From Ignicoccus islandicus DSM 13165 (GTDB lineage: Archaea > Thermoproteota > Thermoprotei_A > Sulfolobales > Ignicoccaceae): a stretch of DNA of 32,000 nt. The DNA is taken from assembly GCF_001481685.1 (NCBI RefSeq), contig NZ_CP006867.1, forward strand, positions 1,362,665 through 1,394,664, written 5' to 3'. Positions 8,427 through 17,278 of the stretch are shown here, piece after piece. How positions within the stretch are numbered: the first letter of the stretch is position 1; the number at the start of each line of letters is the position of its first letter. The position numbers and the translations under genes were made by a program. The notes under the pieces were generated by a model that did no database searches, was not told the origin of the DNA, and was given only the letters and a program-made list of their open reading frames with translations.

Positions 8427-10229
8427 ATGAGCGAGAAGAGACTAAGGCAACCTATAGTCGCCGTCTTGGGACACGTCGACCACGGCAAGACTACTCTCTT
8501 AGACCGCATTCGAGGTACCACAGTTGCTATGAAAGAACCAGGCAAAATAACTCAGCACGTAGGCGCCAGTCTAGTACCTACGGAAGTTATTGAAAAAGTC
8601 ACGGAACCCCTTAAGAAACTAATACCAACCGTAAAATTAGAACTACCTGGCCTCTTGTTTATCGACACTCCGGGTCACAGTATATTTAGTAACTTAAGGA
8701 AGAGAGGAGGAGCAGTAGCAGATTTAGCAATACTCGTGGTCGACGTGATGGAGGGCTTCCAACCACAAACGATTGAAGCAGTAGAGATATTAAAGCAAAG
8801 AAAAGTCCCGTTCATTGTTGCAGCTAATAAAATAGATAAGATACCTGGTTGGAAGAGTATTGAAAACGTGCCTTTCCTAGTAAGCGTGAGGCATCAGGAT
8901 AAATCCGTTGTTGAATATCTAGATAATAGGATATATGAGATAATGGGAAGTTTGGCTGAATTAGGTTTCGATAGCGATAGATTCGATAGAGTTAAGGATT
9001 ACACTAGGCAATTAGCCATAGTTCCAGTATCTGCTAAGACAGGCGAAGGTATACCGGAACTTCTAGCGCTTCTCGCGGGTCTAGCACAGAGGTATATGAA
9101 GGGACGTCTAAAGTACGTTGAAGGACCAGCTAAAGGCGTAGTAATGGAAGTAAAGGAGGAGCCCGGTTACGGAACAACTCTAGATACAATAATTTACGAT
9201 GGGATAATACGTCAAGGTGACGTTATTGTAGTTGGGAGCTTAGAAGGGCCAATTGTAACTAAGGTCAGAGCTCTGTTATTACCTGAACCTCTACAAGAGA
9301 TTAGAGCAACTAAGAAATTTAGAGTTGTGGACGAGGTTTCAGCAGCTGCAGGAGTTAAAATAGTGGCGCCAAACTTGGAGAATGCAGTAGCTGGTGCGCC
9401 GGTATTTGTAGTTTCTGACGAGAGTCAATTAGAGAAGGTTAAGGAGGAGGTTATGAAAGAAATAGAAGATGTCCTTATCGAAACCGATAAGGAAGGCGTT
9501 GTTGTGAAAGCAGACACGTTAGGGACCCTTGAAGCCCTAGTCCAATTCTTGAAGTCTAAGGACATACCCGTGAGAATGGCGAAAGTGGGTCCAGTTACTA
9601 AAAGGGATGTGATGGAAGCAATGGTTTCGAAAAGAATGAATAAAGAGTATGGTGTTATATTAGCATTTAATGTGAAAGTATTGCCCGAAGCGAAAGAACT
9701 TGCAGAGAAAGAAGATATTAAGATCTTCGTACATGATGTAATCTATAAGTTAATAGAAGACTTCGAGAATTGGGTCAAAGAACTACGAGAACAAGAAAAG
9801 AGAAAGGAGTTGGAGCAATTAGTTCGACCAGGAAAATTGAGGATCCTACCTGGGTTTGTGTTCAGAAGGAGCGATCCCGTCATTGTTGGTATTGAAGTCT
9901 TAGGAGGAACTCTAATGCCGGGTTATCCTCTAATGAAGGAAAGCGGTGAAAAGGTGGGTAAGATTCTACAAATACAAGATAAAGGCAAATCAGTGAAAGA
10001 GGTAAAAGCAGGTCAACAAGTAGCCATCTCTATTAAAGGACGAGTTATGGTTGGCAGGCACTTATTCGAAGGCGATGTTTTGTATACAGATGTACCTTCG
10101 TCCCATGCTAAACTATGGCTCACAAAGTATAAAAATGAGCTAAGCGAGGACGAACGCTACGTTTTAAACGAAATAATAAAGATTAAGAGAAAGACGGATC
10201 CGCTATATGGTTTAGCCGTTGGAACTTGA
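8427..10229 (+). CDS. infB: Translation initiation factor aIF5B (aIF2-like GTPase)
   Basis: GHVDHGKTTLLDRIRGT, DTPGHSIFSNLRKRGG, ANKIDKIPGW; 600 aa with C-terminal aIF5B domains; no intein seen. Confidence 0.96.
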   Translation: MSEKRLRQPIVAVLGHVDHGKTTLLDRIRGTTVAMKEPGKITQHVGASLVPTEVIEKVTEPLKKLIPTVKLELPGLLFIDTPGHSIFSNLRKRGGAVADLAILVVDVMEGFQPQTIEAVEILKQRKVPFIVAANKIDKIPGWKSIENVPFLVSVRHQDKSVVEYLDNRIYEIMGSLAELGFDSDRFDRVKDYTRQLAIVPVSAKTGEGIPELLALLAGLAQRYMKGRLKYVEGPAKGVVMEVKEEPGYGTTLDTIIYDGIIRQGDVIVVGSLEGPIVTKVRALLLPEPLQEIRATKKFRVVDEVSAAAGVKIVAPNLENAVAGAPVFVVSDESQLEKVKEEVMKEIEDVLIETDKEGVVVKADTLGTLEALVQFLKSKDIPVRMAKVGPVTKRDVMEAMVSKRMNKEYGVILAFNVKVLPEAKELAEKEDIKIFVHDVIYKLIEDFENWVKELREQEKRKELEQLVRPGKLRILPGFVFRRSDPVIVGIEVLGGTLMPGYPLMKESGEKVGKILQIQDKGKSVKEVKAGQQVAISIKGRVMVGRHLFEGDVLYTDVPSSHAKLWLTKYKNELSEDERYVLNEIIKIKRKTDPLYGLAVGT

Positions 10230-10269
10230 ACGTCATCACATCATCTTAATAATTATTTTGGAAATCTAA

Positions 10270-10333
10270 CGGGATGACGAATAAGGGAGTCAGGCGAAGT
10301 AGATGTGATGTGCATAAACGGAACTTCTGACCG
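10270..10333 (+). ncRNA. Candidate C/D-box sRNA downstream of infB (copy A)
   Basis: Stem CGG (10270-10272), box C-like ATGACGA (10274-10280), C'-like GTGATGT (10305-10311), box D CTGA (10327-10330), closing CCG (10331-10333). D' is degenerate. Confidence 0.5.
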
Positions 10334-10396
10334 CGATGAAGAAGCTAGAAAGGGGAGAAGGTTAGTATTGGGATGATCGGTGGTCGGGCGCTGAGC
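10332..10396 (+). ncRNA. Candidate C/D-box sRNA downstream of infB (copy B)
   Basis: Box C-like ATGAAGA (10336-10342), C' ATGATCG (10373-10379; same C' heptamer as the 8303-8357 sRNA), 11-nt spacer GTGGTCGGGCG, box D CTGA (10391-10394), GC/GC closing pairs. D' unclear. Confidence 0.45.
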
Positions 10397-10404
10397 AAAT
10401 CTGT

Positions 10405-11424
10405 TCAGAAGGTGGGGGTTCCTCCAGAAGCTTCTACTATTCTCCTTACCTTTTCGATTACGTCCACGGAATCTACGAATTCCTTAATGCTACTGGCAGC
10501 GTCTTTAATATCTATACCACTCACAACGTGAAGCGCCAATGAAGCATTTACCAATAAGAACGTAAATTCGGGTTCATTTCCGCTGAGGGCCCTCAGTACC
10601 TTTTCCTTGGACTCCTCCACACTCTTAACCCTTAACGGATCCAAGGATTCCAAAGGCCTAATGCCGAAATCCTTCACATCAATAACGGTCTTTGTAATAT
10701 CGCCCTTGTTAACGAGAACAACCTCAGTTGACGCAATTGGCGAAACCTCATCTATACCAGGGAAACCATGAATGACTGCTGCTCTTTCAACGTTAAATTG
10801 AGTAAGGGCTTCTGAAATTGGTTGCAACATCCACTCTTCTGCTACTCCAACTACTTGATATCCAGGCGAGGCTGGATTCGAGAGAGGACCAATTAGATTA
10901 AATATGGTTCTTATACCAAGTTTCTTTCTAACTGGCATCACGTTCTTCATTGCTGGATGATATAGAGGAGCGAAAATGAATGCGAAATTGCTACTATTTA
11001 ATGCTATCTTAACTTCCTCTGGTGTGAGATTTATTTTATAACCTAGGCTCTCCAACAAATCGGCACTACCACTGGTTCCGGAAATACTTCTATTGCCATG
11101 TTTTACAACTTTGTAACCCATAGCGGCTAGAAGAAGGGCAGTTGCCGTACTAACATTATATAAAGATGCATTGTCGCCACCAGTACCGGCTGTGTCTAAT
11201 GCCTCCGGGAATGGACCCACTTTAACCGCCAGATCTCTCAGTGCTTTAGCAAAGCCTGCTATCTCGGTATATTTTTCTCCCTTACATCTTAATGCAACCA
11301 ATATCGCCGACTTCAATATATCGTCTATCTCGTTCTTAGTGATTTTCATTGCTATTTCATACGCTTCCTCGAGAGGGAGATTGTTACCTTTCAAGAGAGT
11401 CTCTAGAACTTCTTTAAATTCCAT
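10405..11424 (-). CDS. trpD: Anthranilate phosphoribosyltransferase family protein (orphan TrpD)
   Basis: DTAGTGGDNASLYNVSTATALLLAAMGYKVVKHGNRSISGTSGSADLLESLG and FNLIGPLSNPASPGYQVVGV. Confidence 0.9.
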   Translation of the reverse strand: MEFKEVLETLLKGNNLPLEEAYEIAMKITKNEIDDILKSAILVALRCKGEKYTEIAGFAKALRDLAVKVGPFPEALDTAGTGGDNASLYNVSTATALLLAAMGYKVVKHGNRSISGTSGSADLLESLGYKINLTPEEVKIALNSSNFAFIFAPLYHPAMKNVMPVRKKLGIRTIFNLIGPLSNPASPGYQVVGVAEEWMLQPISEALTQFNVERAAVIHGFPGIDEVSPIASTEVVLVNKGDITKTVIDVKDFGIRPLESLDPLRVKSVEESKEKVLRALSGNEPEFTFLLVNASLALHVVSGIDIKDAASSIKEFVDSVDVIEKVRRIVEASGGTPTF

Positions 11425-11481
11425 AAGTAAGACCCTAGGTTGTGGGATAGATTAGCATTTAAAAAATAACTTATGGGTTTA

Positions 11482-11571
11482 TCAAGCCTTGGGTTTACAA
11501 ACAACCGGTGCATTTGGGCCTTGGTCTTCACAGACAAGGACTACTTCGCTGGCTTCTTGAGTGGCGCTCAT
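11482..11571 (-). CDS. Putative micro-ORF, 29 aa (MSATQEASEVVLVCEDQGPNAPVVCKPKA), function unknown
   Basis: Complete ATG..TGA ORF with GGAG about 6-9 nt upstream of ATG (rc: ...CTCTCTGGAGATAGCCATG); sits in an all-minus-strand gene string between the 261-aa ORF and trpD. Missing from the supplied ORF track, probably due to a length cutoff. Confidence 0.45.
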   Translation of the reverse strand: MSATQEASEVVLVCEDQGPNAPVVCKPKA

Positions 11572-11604
11572 GGCTATCTCCAGAGAGGGTAGATTTAGGA
11601 GCCA

Positions 11605-12390
11605 CTATTTAAGTAATGCGTTGAGAAACTCAATTTGTTCATAGAACTTAATAGGATCGAATTTGTCCGGGGTGTCTTCTAATGAACCTAGCCATTGGCT
11701 CCTTCCTCCAACGACAATCCTTCCATTTGAGAAGTCAAAGACGTTATCTGAAAGACCTAGTCCATCTACTTCGATTATCGAAGAACAATATTGCTCAAAT
11801 ATCTCCATTAAAGATCTTGCCTTAAACCAACGAGGAATGAATAGTAAAGTTCTGGACGTACTTGAGTAATAAGAGAATAATATAAGTGAAGTTAGACTAT
11901 GTCCATAACCATACCATAACGCATCATAGTACGTGAAGAGACATGTTTCATCGCCCTCTCTAATTAGAATTGGTAGTTTGGTTTCGATTAATTCAGACAC
12001 AACGTTTGCGAAAAACTCACCCTCCCTTAAACTGCGTAAAATTTTATTCTTATATTCGACAGCTACTGCTATAGCGGGATTCCACGTAAGGACGTCGACT
12101 TTTGGAACAATTTTTCCGGAAAAGTATAATATACCACCGTAGCTCTCAACAGGTTTATCTGATATTACATCTATTTTCCCGCTACTCATACCTGAGGGTA
12201 AGCACGGTATTCTATTTGGTATATACACATCACATTTCCAGTCGCTTACGATTCTAACATCAACTTTCTCCACTACAAATTCACTAAATGAATTCCAAAG
12301 ATACTGCAATCGCAACGATATATGGTCTAGAGGTCTCATACTGAATGAAACCAACTCCGTGCTCCTTTCAAAGAGCGATTTTAACATCAC
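11605..12390 (-). CDS. Hypothetical protein, 261 aa, co-oriented and abutting hyuB-like gene
   Basis: Start at 12390 touches the last base of the upstream HyuB ORF (overlapping stop/start); no family motif recognised. Confidence 0.7.
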   Translation of the reverse strand: MMLKSLFERSTELVSFSMRPLDHISLRLQYLWNSFSEFVVEKVDVRIVSDWKCDVYIPNRIPCLPSGMSSGKIDVISDKPVESYGGILYFSGKIVPKVDVLTWNPAIAVAVEYKNKILRSLREGEFFANVVSELIETKLPILIREGDETCLFTYYDALWYGYGHSLTSLILFSYYSSTSRTLLFIPRWFKARSLMEIFEQYCSSIIEVDGLGLSDNVFDFSNGRIVVGGRSQWLGSLEDTPDKFDPIKFYEQIEFLNALLK

Positions 12391-13904
12391 TACTTATGGC
12401 CCCCAGCCCCGGGTGTTTCTAGACGAACTCTATCTCCTTTCTTTAGGTTAAGTTCGAGATATCCGTTTGTTTGTACAACTTCGCTTCCACTTCTGTAAAC
12501 AACTATCCTACCAGGACTACCGTTCGTACCACCTATGCCGTAAGAAGGGAATCGAGTTTGTGACAATAGGGTAATTACAGTTATATCATCTAGCGATTCA
12601 AACTCCCTTACTATTCCGTCTCCTCCCTTCCTTCTTCCTTTACCACCACTGTTACGTCGAATGCCATATTCTGTAAATAGTATAGGTAACTCTGATTCTA
12701 TTACTTCGATAGGTGTGTTTAATGTGTTAGTCATTCCCCACTGTACGCCGTTTTCACCATCTTCCCACTTGGTGGCTGACCCACCGCCACCATTGGTTTC
12801 GTAATATGTCCTATCTTTATAGGATATGATGAGGTTAGACATTGTCCCAGGACCTAAAGATGGTACTTCATCAGTTATTTTGGAAAACGCTAGAATAATA
12901 CTTTGCAAGATTCTCTGAGATGTTTCTAGGTTACCGGCACCAACTGCCCGTGGATAGTTAGGATTTAGTATACTACCCTTTCGAGTTTTTACATGTATCA
13001 CATCATATAGGCCTTGATTAACGTCCTTTTGTGCCCCGAAAAATGATTTAATGAAGAAAGAAGCCGCAGCATAAGATATTCCCTCTACAGCGTTAAGATT
13101 GTAATCAACTTCGTCATCACTCTCTGTAAAATCGAAGAACACCTTTTCTGTATCTATTTTTACGCTAAGACGTATATGAGCAATATCTAAGTTAGGTAGC
13201 TCCAATGGTATTTCAGAGGATCCATGGGTTCCTGCTAAAGGTATTAATGTTTGGGCATAGCTTTCCCTAGTAATCTCTATATAGCTATCTATGGCGCTTT
13301 TTATGAAATCCAGGGTCTTCTTTTCAATGAACTCTTTTAATTGCATGTAGCCCCAACGTATAGATGACAATTGGGCATTAACGTCAGCTACGAAAAGTCG
13401 AGGATTTCTAACTGACCTTGCTAAATTAGTAGCTTCTTTAGAGAGGACCCAGTTGGATGCTGCCCTAATTGGTTTTATAACTATGCCTTCTTCGTATAAG
13501 TACTTGGCGAAAGGATTTAATGAACCGGCTTTGGGCCCTCCTATGTCCACGTAATGTGCTTTCACAGCTATATAGAAATCACTATATCGCGACACCATTG
13601 TAACGTCATTTAAATGGGTTCCAGTAAGATAAGGGTCATTAGTCATAAGCACGTCTCCAGAACCTAGGCCTAAAGATTCGTATGCTTCTATGAGCTTCTT
13701 AGAGGCCCATGCCATGCTACCTAAGTGTACGGGAATGTGTTCAGCCTCTGCGACAACTCTTCCGTGAGAGTCAAATATAGCACAAGAGAAGTCTAGTCTT
13801 TCTCTTATGTTTGGAGATGAAGACGAGTTTCTTAGGACTACTCCCATTTCTTCTGATATGTAGGAAAGTGTTTTTTGTACTATACCAACTTTAAGCTCAT
13901 CCAT
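12390..13904 (-). CDS. Hydantoinase B/oxoprolinase (HyuB) family protein
   Basis: SSSPNIRERLDFSCAIFDSHGRVVAEAEHIPVHLGSM, GDVLMTNDPYLTGTHLNDVTMVSRY, and C-terminal GGGGSATKWEDGENGV, SRFPSYGIGGTNGSPG, RLETPGAGG. Confidence 0.93.
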   Translation of the reverse strand: MDELKVGIVQKTLSYISEEMGVVLRNSSSSPNIRERLDFSCAIFDSHGRVVAEAEHIPVHLGSMAWASKKLIEAYESLGLGSGDVLMTNDPYLTGTHLNDVTMVSRYSDFYIAVKAHYVDIGGPKAGSLNPFAKYLYEEGIVIKPIRAASNWVLSKEATNLARSVRNPRLFVADVNAQLSSIRWGYMQLKEFIEKKTLDFIKSAIDSYIEITRESYAQTLIPLAGTHGSSEIPLELPNLDIAHIRLSVKIDTEKVFFDFTESDDEVDYNLNAVEGISYAAASFFIKSFFGAQKDVNQGLYDVIHVKTRKGSILNPNYPRAVGAGNLETSQRILQSIILAFSKITDEVPSLGPGTMSNLIISYKDRTYYETNGGGGSATKWEDGENGVQWGMTNTLNTPIEVIESELPILFTEYGIRRNSGGKGRRKGGDGIVREFESLDDITVITLLSQTRFPSYGIGGTNGSPGRIVVYRSGSEVVQTNGYLELNLKKGDRVRLETPGAGGHK

Positions 13905-13938
13905 CGTTCTTCTAACACCATAGTTCTATTAGGATTGT

Positions 13939-13980
13939 GAGGCAAAAAGTCCCCCCTCTCATTCCGAGGCTTTTTGCCTC
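13939..13980. repeat. Perfect 11-bp inverted repeat GAGGCAAAAAG / CTTTTTGCCTC (20-nt loop with inner CCTC/GAGG) in a GC-rich intergenic island
   Basis: Arms at 13939-13949 and 13970-13980, read directly from sequence. Confidence 0.85.
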
Positions 13981-14087
13981 CGTCCGGGGGTCGGCGCGCT
14001 CGAGACGAAGGTTCCCGAAGATGAATAAAAGTTTTGATTCTGTTAGTAAGCTAGATGGATTCTTCCGAAGACTAAATGGGCTTCTGA

Positions 14088-14537
14088 ATGTTTACTATGT
14101 CACACTTCCAGAGTTCGATTACTTTTCCATTATTCACTCTGATTATATGGAGTTGGAGCAATGACTATCTCATACATACTTCTAAATCGGTAGTTCGAAA
14201 CAGTATAATAATATCTAGTACCAACGACTTCTTAGTACTTAATGTTACTTCGCTGGTTGTAGCATTAGATGGATATACTCTTTATCGAATAATTGCTACT
14301 GAACCACCCGTTACTGTATATAAATTGGCAAATGTGTTCAAGTTACGTGATTCTACCATAATATTCTTCCGAATAGTTGAGAATACTACTTTGATGTTCG
14401 ATAGCACACAGTTACAGTACTACAATAAGCCCAATTCAGGTCTTAATGTTATTATTGATATGAAAAACGTCATCGGCTTCATAGTTATATTAGTAGAGAT
14501 AGTTAGACGTGCAATGGCTTTAGAGTATAGAGGGTGA
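14088..14537 (+). CDS. Uncharacterised ORF; the true product may begin in another frame at 14021 (see findings)
   Basis: 149-aa ORF. The upstream frame from ATG 14021 encodes MNKSFDSVSKLDGFFRRLNGLLNVYYVTLPEFDYFSIIHSDYMELEQ* and runs into this frame. Confidence 0.45.
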   Translation: MFTMSHFQSSITFPLFTLIIWSWSNDYLIHTSKSVVRNSIIISSTNDFLVLNVTSLVVALDGYTLYRIIATEPPVTVYKLANVFKLRDSTIIFFRIVENTTLMFDSTQLQYYNKPNSGLNVIIDMKNVIGFIVILVEIVRRAMALEYRG

Positions 14538-14540
14538 GAG

Positions 14541-14861
14541 CTAGAGTAGTATATCACTCAATTTTATAAGAGATTCATTGCATATTTTCATCTTACAGAA
14601 CCTAACGCCTTCCAACTCCAGTAACCTCTTTTTGAACTCTCTTCCGAGTTTGTAACCACCTACGTCTAAGTCTTTTGGAACAACTCTATGACATGGCACT
14701 ACTATCAGTTTTTCATTGGATGCTAACATTTTCGCGATCGCTCTAGGATGTGTATTCAAAATATTGGCTAGGTCTGAATACGTTACGACTTTACCTATGG
14801 GTACTAAATTGAGGATTACTTCTAGTAACTCCCGTTTCGTAGTTTTATCTAAGGTTCCCAC
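14541..14861 (-). CDS. Methylated-DNA--[protein]-cysteine S-methyltransferase family, DNA-binding domain (MGMT/Ogt-like)
   Basis: IGKVVTYSDLANILNTHPRAIAKMLASNEKLIVVPCHRVVPKDLDVGGYKLGREFKKRLLELEGV, containing the PCHRVV active-site motif; only 106 aa. Confidence 0.85.
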   Translation of the reverse strand: MGTLDKTTKRELLEVILNLVPIGKVVTYSDLANILNTHPRAIAKMLASNEKLIVVPCHRVVPKDLDVGGYKLGREFKKRLLELEGVRFCKMKICNESLIKLSDILL

Positions 14862-14885
14862 CTCTGATTAGACGGTGGTTAAGAA

Positions 14886-15086
14886 ATGGTTATGTATTGG
14901 TATCGTTGTATTAGCGGAATTTACGATCCTGTAACTAGGTGCAATCTACTAGATACAGACGTCTCAGCCCACTTCTGTCTAATATGTCCTTTACGAGGTA
15001 AGGAGTGTAAGGATCCAGTGTGGTTTAATGATATGAAAGAAGATTCATTGAAGAAATTATTTGACAAGCTAAGCTCGGTGGAGTAA
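14886..15086 (+). CDS. Small cysteine-containing protein, putative metal-binding
   Basis: 66 aa, C8...C19...C31xxC34...C41, divergent from the MGMT-like gene. Confidence 0.5.
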   Translation: MVMYWYRCISGIYDPVTRCNLLDTDVSAHFCLICPLRGKECKDPVWFNDMKEDSLKKLFDKLSSVE

Positions 15087-15090
15087 AAAG

Positions 15091-15870
15091 ATGATATTTA
15101 TTTATCTCGATGAGCTCAGTAAGGAGATAGCTCGATTATGTTCCTTAATATACAGTGAGCTATCTCACAAGCTCTCTATAGTTTTCGATCCGATATCCTT
15201 CGTTAACTACTTCATGATTTATATCGAACCTACTGTTTTGAGCGATATTGTCGTGATCGGGGTCATGCCAAAATTCGATGTTAACGTAGCAGTGAGATTG
15301 GCAAACTCCTTTAGAGCCTTTTCCCTAGAGCCTAAGAACCTAATTATTAATGCCGAATCGTACGTAGAGGTTATAAATCTCAAGACCCCAGGAACGGATT
15401 TCTTTAGAAACTCGAAGGTTGTGTCTGCTCATAACTACGTTCAGTTAACTTATAAGACTTTGGAAACGTGCTTCAAATACGTACTGGAAGACATTAAACC
15501 TTCACCGCGATTAGAGCTTTTTCAAGAGGATTTAGAGAGCGTCCGAACTCTTCAACGTTCGGATCAAGTTCCAGAAAGTCATTTAAACTCTTTGTTAAAG
15601 ATAGTTGAAAGCTCCAATCCAATTCTCACTACACCTTCTGTAAATCTGTTCGCTAAAGTACTTAGTTTTGAAACGAAAAGGGAAGTAAAAGAATACATAG
15701 AATTTAGCAAGGAAAAAATATTCGAATATGATATTTTAACTACTACCTCAGAAGAACATTGGATAAAACATCTCTCACGATATGCCCACATTTATGTTTC
15801 ACTTAACGTCGATCCACTCATTGCATCGTATTACCTCTTGAAGATATACGAAATTCTAAAACAAATCTAA
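15091..15870 (+). CDS. Hypothetical protein, 259 aa
   Basis: Long ORF in tandem with the 66-aa ORF (4-bp gap); 3' end overlaps the gatD 3' end by 15 bp. Confidence 0.6.
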   Translation: MIFIYLDELSKEIARLCSLIYSELSHKLSIVFDPISFVNYFMIYIEPTVLSDIVVIGVMPKFDVNVAVRLANSFRAFSLEPKNLIINAESYVEVINLKTPGTDFFRNSKVVSAHNYVQLTYKTLETCFKYVLEDIKPSPRLELFQEDLESVRTLQRSDQVPESHLNSLLKIVESSNPILTTPSVNLFAKVLSFETKREVKEYIEFSKEKIFEYDILTTTSEEHWIKHLSRYAHIYVSLNVDPLIASYYLLKIYEILKQI

Positions 15871-17172
15871 TGTTCGTCTCGATGAAATTTCGCCTGCTAT
15901 TGGTTCTAACATTTTCCTCTTTACGACCTCTATGTCGTCTCCGAAGTTTCCTAATACCCACATGAGCTTGACTAATGCTGTTTCAGATAGCATATCACCT
16001 AAAGGCGTTACTCCAACCTCTAAGAGCTTCCTCCCCGTTGCATATACGTTTAGGTTCGTGGTACCGTAAATGCATTGAGTAGTCATACCTACGAAAATAC
16101 CATCTTTAATGAGATTCCTGATCGTACTAAGTAGATCTTCAGAGATATGACCCATACCAGTACCTTCTATTATTATACCCTTATAACCTCTTTCTTTAAT
16201 TATATCAAAAATGTCGCTTTTCATTCCAGGGAACATTTTGACTAAGAAGGCGCGTTCATCGAATTTGTTAAGTAATCTAGGAATAGAATTAGACCTCTTT
16301 CTAAGATCTTTTTCTATGACCTTTAACTCATAGATCCAAGGCCAAACGAGCGCTATGGGCTTGGAGCATATACTCTTAAATGCATCTCTTCGCGTGGAGT
16401 GCATTTTTCGTGTCCTCGTGGCTCGATGAACGACGGCGTACGTGTCACCGGTCTCACCGTGCATTGTAATGACGACCTCTGCAAACGGAGCCCTTGCAGC
16501 GACTAGGGTGGCTGCAAGTAAGTTGAAGGCAGCATCACTCGAAGGTCTGTCAGAAGACCTCTGGGCTCCTACGAACACTACTGGTTTATTCAACTCTTGA
16601 ATGGCAAAAGAGATGGCAGCCGCTGTATAGCTCATAGTATCAGTGCCATGAGCTACAATTATCCCTTTAACATCGTCCCTTAACAGTTCCTTATGCACTT
16701 CTAATGCTATCCTTTCCCAATTTTTCGGTTTCATGTTCTCTGAAAGTATATCTAATAGTTGTTCAGTTTCTAGATCAGCTATTTCTTTTATTTCCGGAAT
16801 ATCTTCAATGAGCTCATTGGCGCTTAGGTAAGGTTTAACTGCACCAGTTTCGTAATCTATCTTCGATGCAATTGTTCCGCCAGTCCCAATTATTTTTACT
16901 AAAGGGAATCCAGGTCTCCTTTCGACCCTCTTACTTTCTCGGTGTGAAACTTTCTTCTCATACTTTCCAAGTACCTCTATCCTTTCGATATTTTCTTTCT
17001 TTATACCTATGTTGTAACCATTATCTAACTTAATTACTATGGTGTCATCGCTTCTTGCAAGTGGTAATACTAGGCCACTAACCTCTAAACCGTCTTTTCT
17101 TACTACTTTCACGTAAGTTAAAGGTTCTATTTCATTACCCACGTTCAAAATCTTCTCCCGCCGTATTTCCAT
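15856..17172 (-). CDS. gatD: Glutamyl-tRNA(Gln) amidotransferase subunit D (asparaginase-like)
   Basis: PLVKIIGTGGTIASKIDYETGAVKPYLSANELIEDIPEI, VAHGTDTMSYTAAAISFA, plus N-terminal domain DTIVIKLDNGYNIGI. Confidence 0.95.
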   Translation of the reverse strand: MEIRREKILNVGNEIEPLTYVKVVRKDGLEVSGLVLPLARSDDTIVIKLDNGYNIGIKKENIERIEVLGKYEKKVSHRESKRVERRPGFPLVKIIGTGGTIASKIDYETGAVKPYLSANELIEDIPEIKEIADLETEQLLDILSENMKPKNWERIALEVHKELLRDDVKGIIVAHGTDTMSYTAAAISFAIQELNKPVVFVGAQRSSDRPSSDAAFNLLAATLVAARAPFAEVVITMHGETGDTYAVVHRATRTRKMHSTRRDAFKSICSKPIALVWPWIYELKVIEKDLRKRSNSIPRLLNKFDERAFLVKMFPGMKSDIFDIIKERGYKGIIIEGTGMGHISEDLLSTIRNLIKDGIFVGMTTQCIYGTTNLNVYATGRKLLEVGVTPLGDMLSETALVKLMWVLGNFGDDIEVVKRKMLEPIAGEISSRRTLDLF

Positions 17173-17278
17173 CTTAGTAGCGAATTTAGAATTTGGTCTT
17201 TTACCGCTCGTTTAAGTAAAAATTATAGCTTTGACTCACATTCCAATCTTTTCGGAAAGTAGAGAGGTGTAATTAGTA

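Noticed and set aside
8427-10229. Intein in the aIF5B G-domain
   Set aside because: The GTPase motifs run uninterrupted at expected spacing in a 600-aa protein.
10405-11424. Thymidine/AMP phosphorylase instead of TrpD
   Set aside because: DTAGTGGD and KHGNRSISGTSGSADLLESLG fit anthranilate phosphoribosyltransferase better. Lack of neighbouring trp genes alone does not change the family call.
13937-14020. Coding N-terminal extension MRQKVPPLIPRLFASVRGSARSRRRFPK from GTG 13937
   Set aside because: The segment coincides with the perfect inverted repeat and GC island, has an Arg/Pro-rich composition unlike neighbours, and ATG 14021 is available.
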